This document shows positions 62,300 to 64,000 of a DNA stretch of 64,000 nt, one piece after another; the stretch's first letter is position 1, and every line of letters starts with the position of its first letter. Position numbers and translations under genes: made by a program. The notes under the pieces are model-generated. The model had not been told where the DNA came from. It did not search any database and saw only the letters and a program-made list of their open reading frames with translations. This DNA comes from Acanthaster planci (taxonomy: Eukaryota). The stretch lies in assembly GCF_001949145.1 (NCBI RefSeq), contig NW_019091360.1, positions 2,974,864 through 3,038,863 of the forward strand, read 5' to 3'.

Positions 62300-64000
62300 G
62301 GGTTACAAGCCCTTGGCCAGAGGCCAAAGATGAAAGTTCATCTACCAGTATACATATGTTTACATTTGTCCCGGTCAGGTCGATCAGGTCAGGGTCAGAG
62401 CACAAAGGGTGCAGATGGCGCTGTGCGATCCTCTGGAAGATCTGCCATCTTCTACTCGCTGTGGTCTATAGAGGCGTCGGCAAGTGACACAGTTCTGAAC
62501 CACCTGTGCAACTGCTCTGGACCCTTTTACAACCCAGAAACCACGTGCTCGCATTTCATTCTGAGTGATGCCCTTTCCTTGGTGTTGAACCTTTCGATGG
62601 AAATGTCAAATGAGTGCAAGCATGATGGCACTGTCGCTTAGGAGAATGACTGGGTGTCCCATGTCATTAGGGAGTTGTGGAAGTCTACCCCCTACCCTAA
62701 GGGGTTCCCGGGCCATTGACATATGGATCAAGGTCACGGATCCTGCTTGTGTTCTTCACAACCTTGCCCTCCGTCAAAGTCTGGACCTCTTCAGAGAATG
62801 CTTTCCTTTGCACCAACTGCAAGAAGTAGGCCTCTGCCTTCTTTCTCTGTTCCACCAATGACCCTCGTTTATCACCCATTACCACCAGTCGCAGACAAAC
62901 CAATACGCTTATCATCCTGGGCCAGTCTGAGATCTTTGCCAAGCGCTTCAGCAAGTCAAAGTGCTCAGGATTGGTGTTGCCTACAAGGAGACTTGACTTA
63001 ACCTCGGGATTCCCAAGCTTCAGTTCTGGAGTAATATCTTCAAGTCTGCGATCTTTATCCCAGAAAAACTGTGGCCCTTGGAAGTATCAAGCCTCCTTTA
63101 CACTTTTCCAGCACTGAGTCTTCTTGATGCATGATCAGCAGGGTTTTGATCTGTGGACACGTAGTGCCACTGATTGGAAGAGGTCCTTTCTCTGATGAGA
63201 TGCACTCTACTGGCCCCGAACGTGTGGAACGTTCGGGCCTCGTTATTGAGGTACCCCAATAAAACTTGAGGATCTGTCCAGAAGAACGTTTCTGCATCCT
63301 GCAGCTCTAGCTCATTTTTTAGTAGAGTGCTCTTCTTTGCAGACACCACTGCAATGGTCAACTCTAATCTAGGTACAGTAACTACCCTGAATGGTGCAAC
63401 TCTGGACTTCGCGAAGACAAAGCTGCAATGAACATATCCTTTATTGGAACTGAAACTCCTTCAAATTGTGGTAGCTCTTCAAACCATTGCTCCCATGCAG
63501 GTCACAGGGTTTGAGGGATCTCCCCAACCTATTCCACAGCTGCACATTTCTTAAAGGATGTTTTTTCCTTTGAGTACCACGGGTCATACCACGAATGCCA
63601 CGCCTTGAGCTGGGCTGCTTCTTGTGTGAAATTTTGAAGCAGAGTTGGTCAGATGAAATGTTCCACCAAATCTCTAGCCCTCTTTCCAGTGGTTCATCAA
63701 ATTTGAGGTCCAAGCCAGTGACATCGATGGAGCACTCTGACTCAGGAATGTCTTGCTGTTTGATACAAACTTGTGGAAACATAGGTCGTCCCTCTTTCTG
63801 AGGTCGATAGCTTCTGTGGCCAACTGGATGGCTTTCTCGGCAGTTGGAATGCTAGTGATACCATCGTCAACATAGAAATATCTTGCTCTGAAACTTGAGG
63901 CCAAAGGAAAGTCCTTCTTGTGTTCCTCATGATAGATGTCTCAGGCCATAGTTCGTACACCCGGGCGAGGATGCTGCGACTTGTGTCATCGCCCTCCCAT
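62300..64000 (-). mobile_element. Degenerate BEL/Pao LTR retrotransposon pol fragment
   Basis: Frameshifted motifs: RT FYVDDGITS, Pao-type TVPRLEL and FFWTDPQVLLGYL...WHYVSTDQNPADHASR, and downstream AE...LVQRKAF...LDPY. Runs off the window end. Confidence 0.85.

Overview
AT-rich, intron-containing animal (probably invertebrate) genomic DNA with two assembly gaps. The window holds a head-to-tail, minus-strand cluster of three biopterin-dependent aromatic amino acid hydroxylase (AAAH) genes, which I rebuilt exon by exon from splice sites and reading frame. Copy B (40475-59456, exons 2-13; exon 1 not found) and copy A (20283-33696, 13 exons, 454 aa) are close phenylalanine hydroxylase (PAH) paralogs. 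Copy B has a tryptophan-hydroxylase-type Phe at the PAH W326 position. Copy C (7960-16813, 10 coding exons, about 330 aa) is open-frame but highly divergent and is barely visible in the ORF track. It keeps the PAH intron positions and the His-His-Glu iron ligands, but has no recognisable ACT regulatory domain, no C-terminal tetramerisation helix, and remodelled substrate and pterin pockets. It is the best candidate here for an undescribed enzyme. The window also contains the 5' exons of an unidentified minus-strand transcript (about 1.6-6.1 kb), degenerate Gypsy, BEL/Pao and LINE fragments, several MITE families, a six-copy dispersed repeat and minisatellites. Residue numbers follow human PAH and were aligned by eye.
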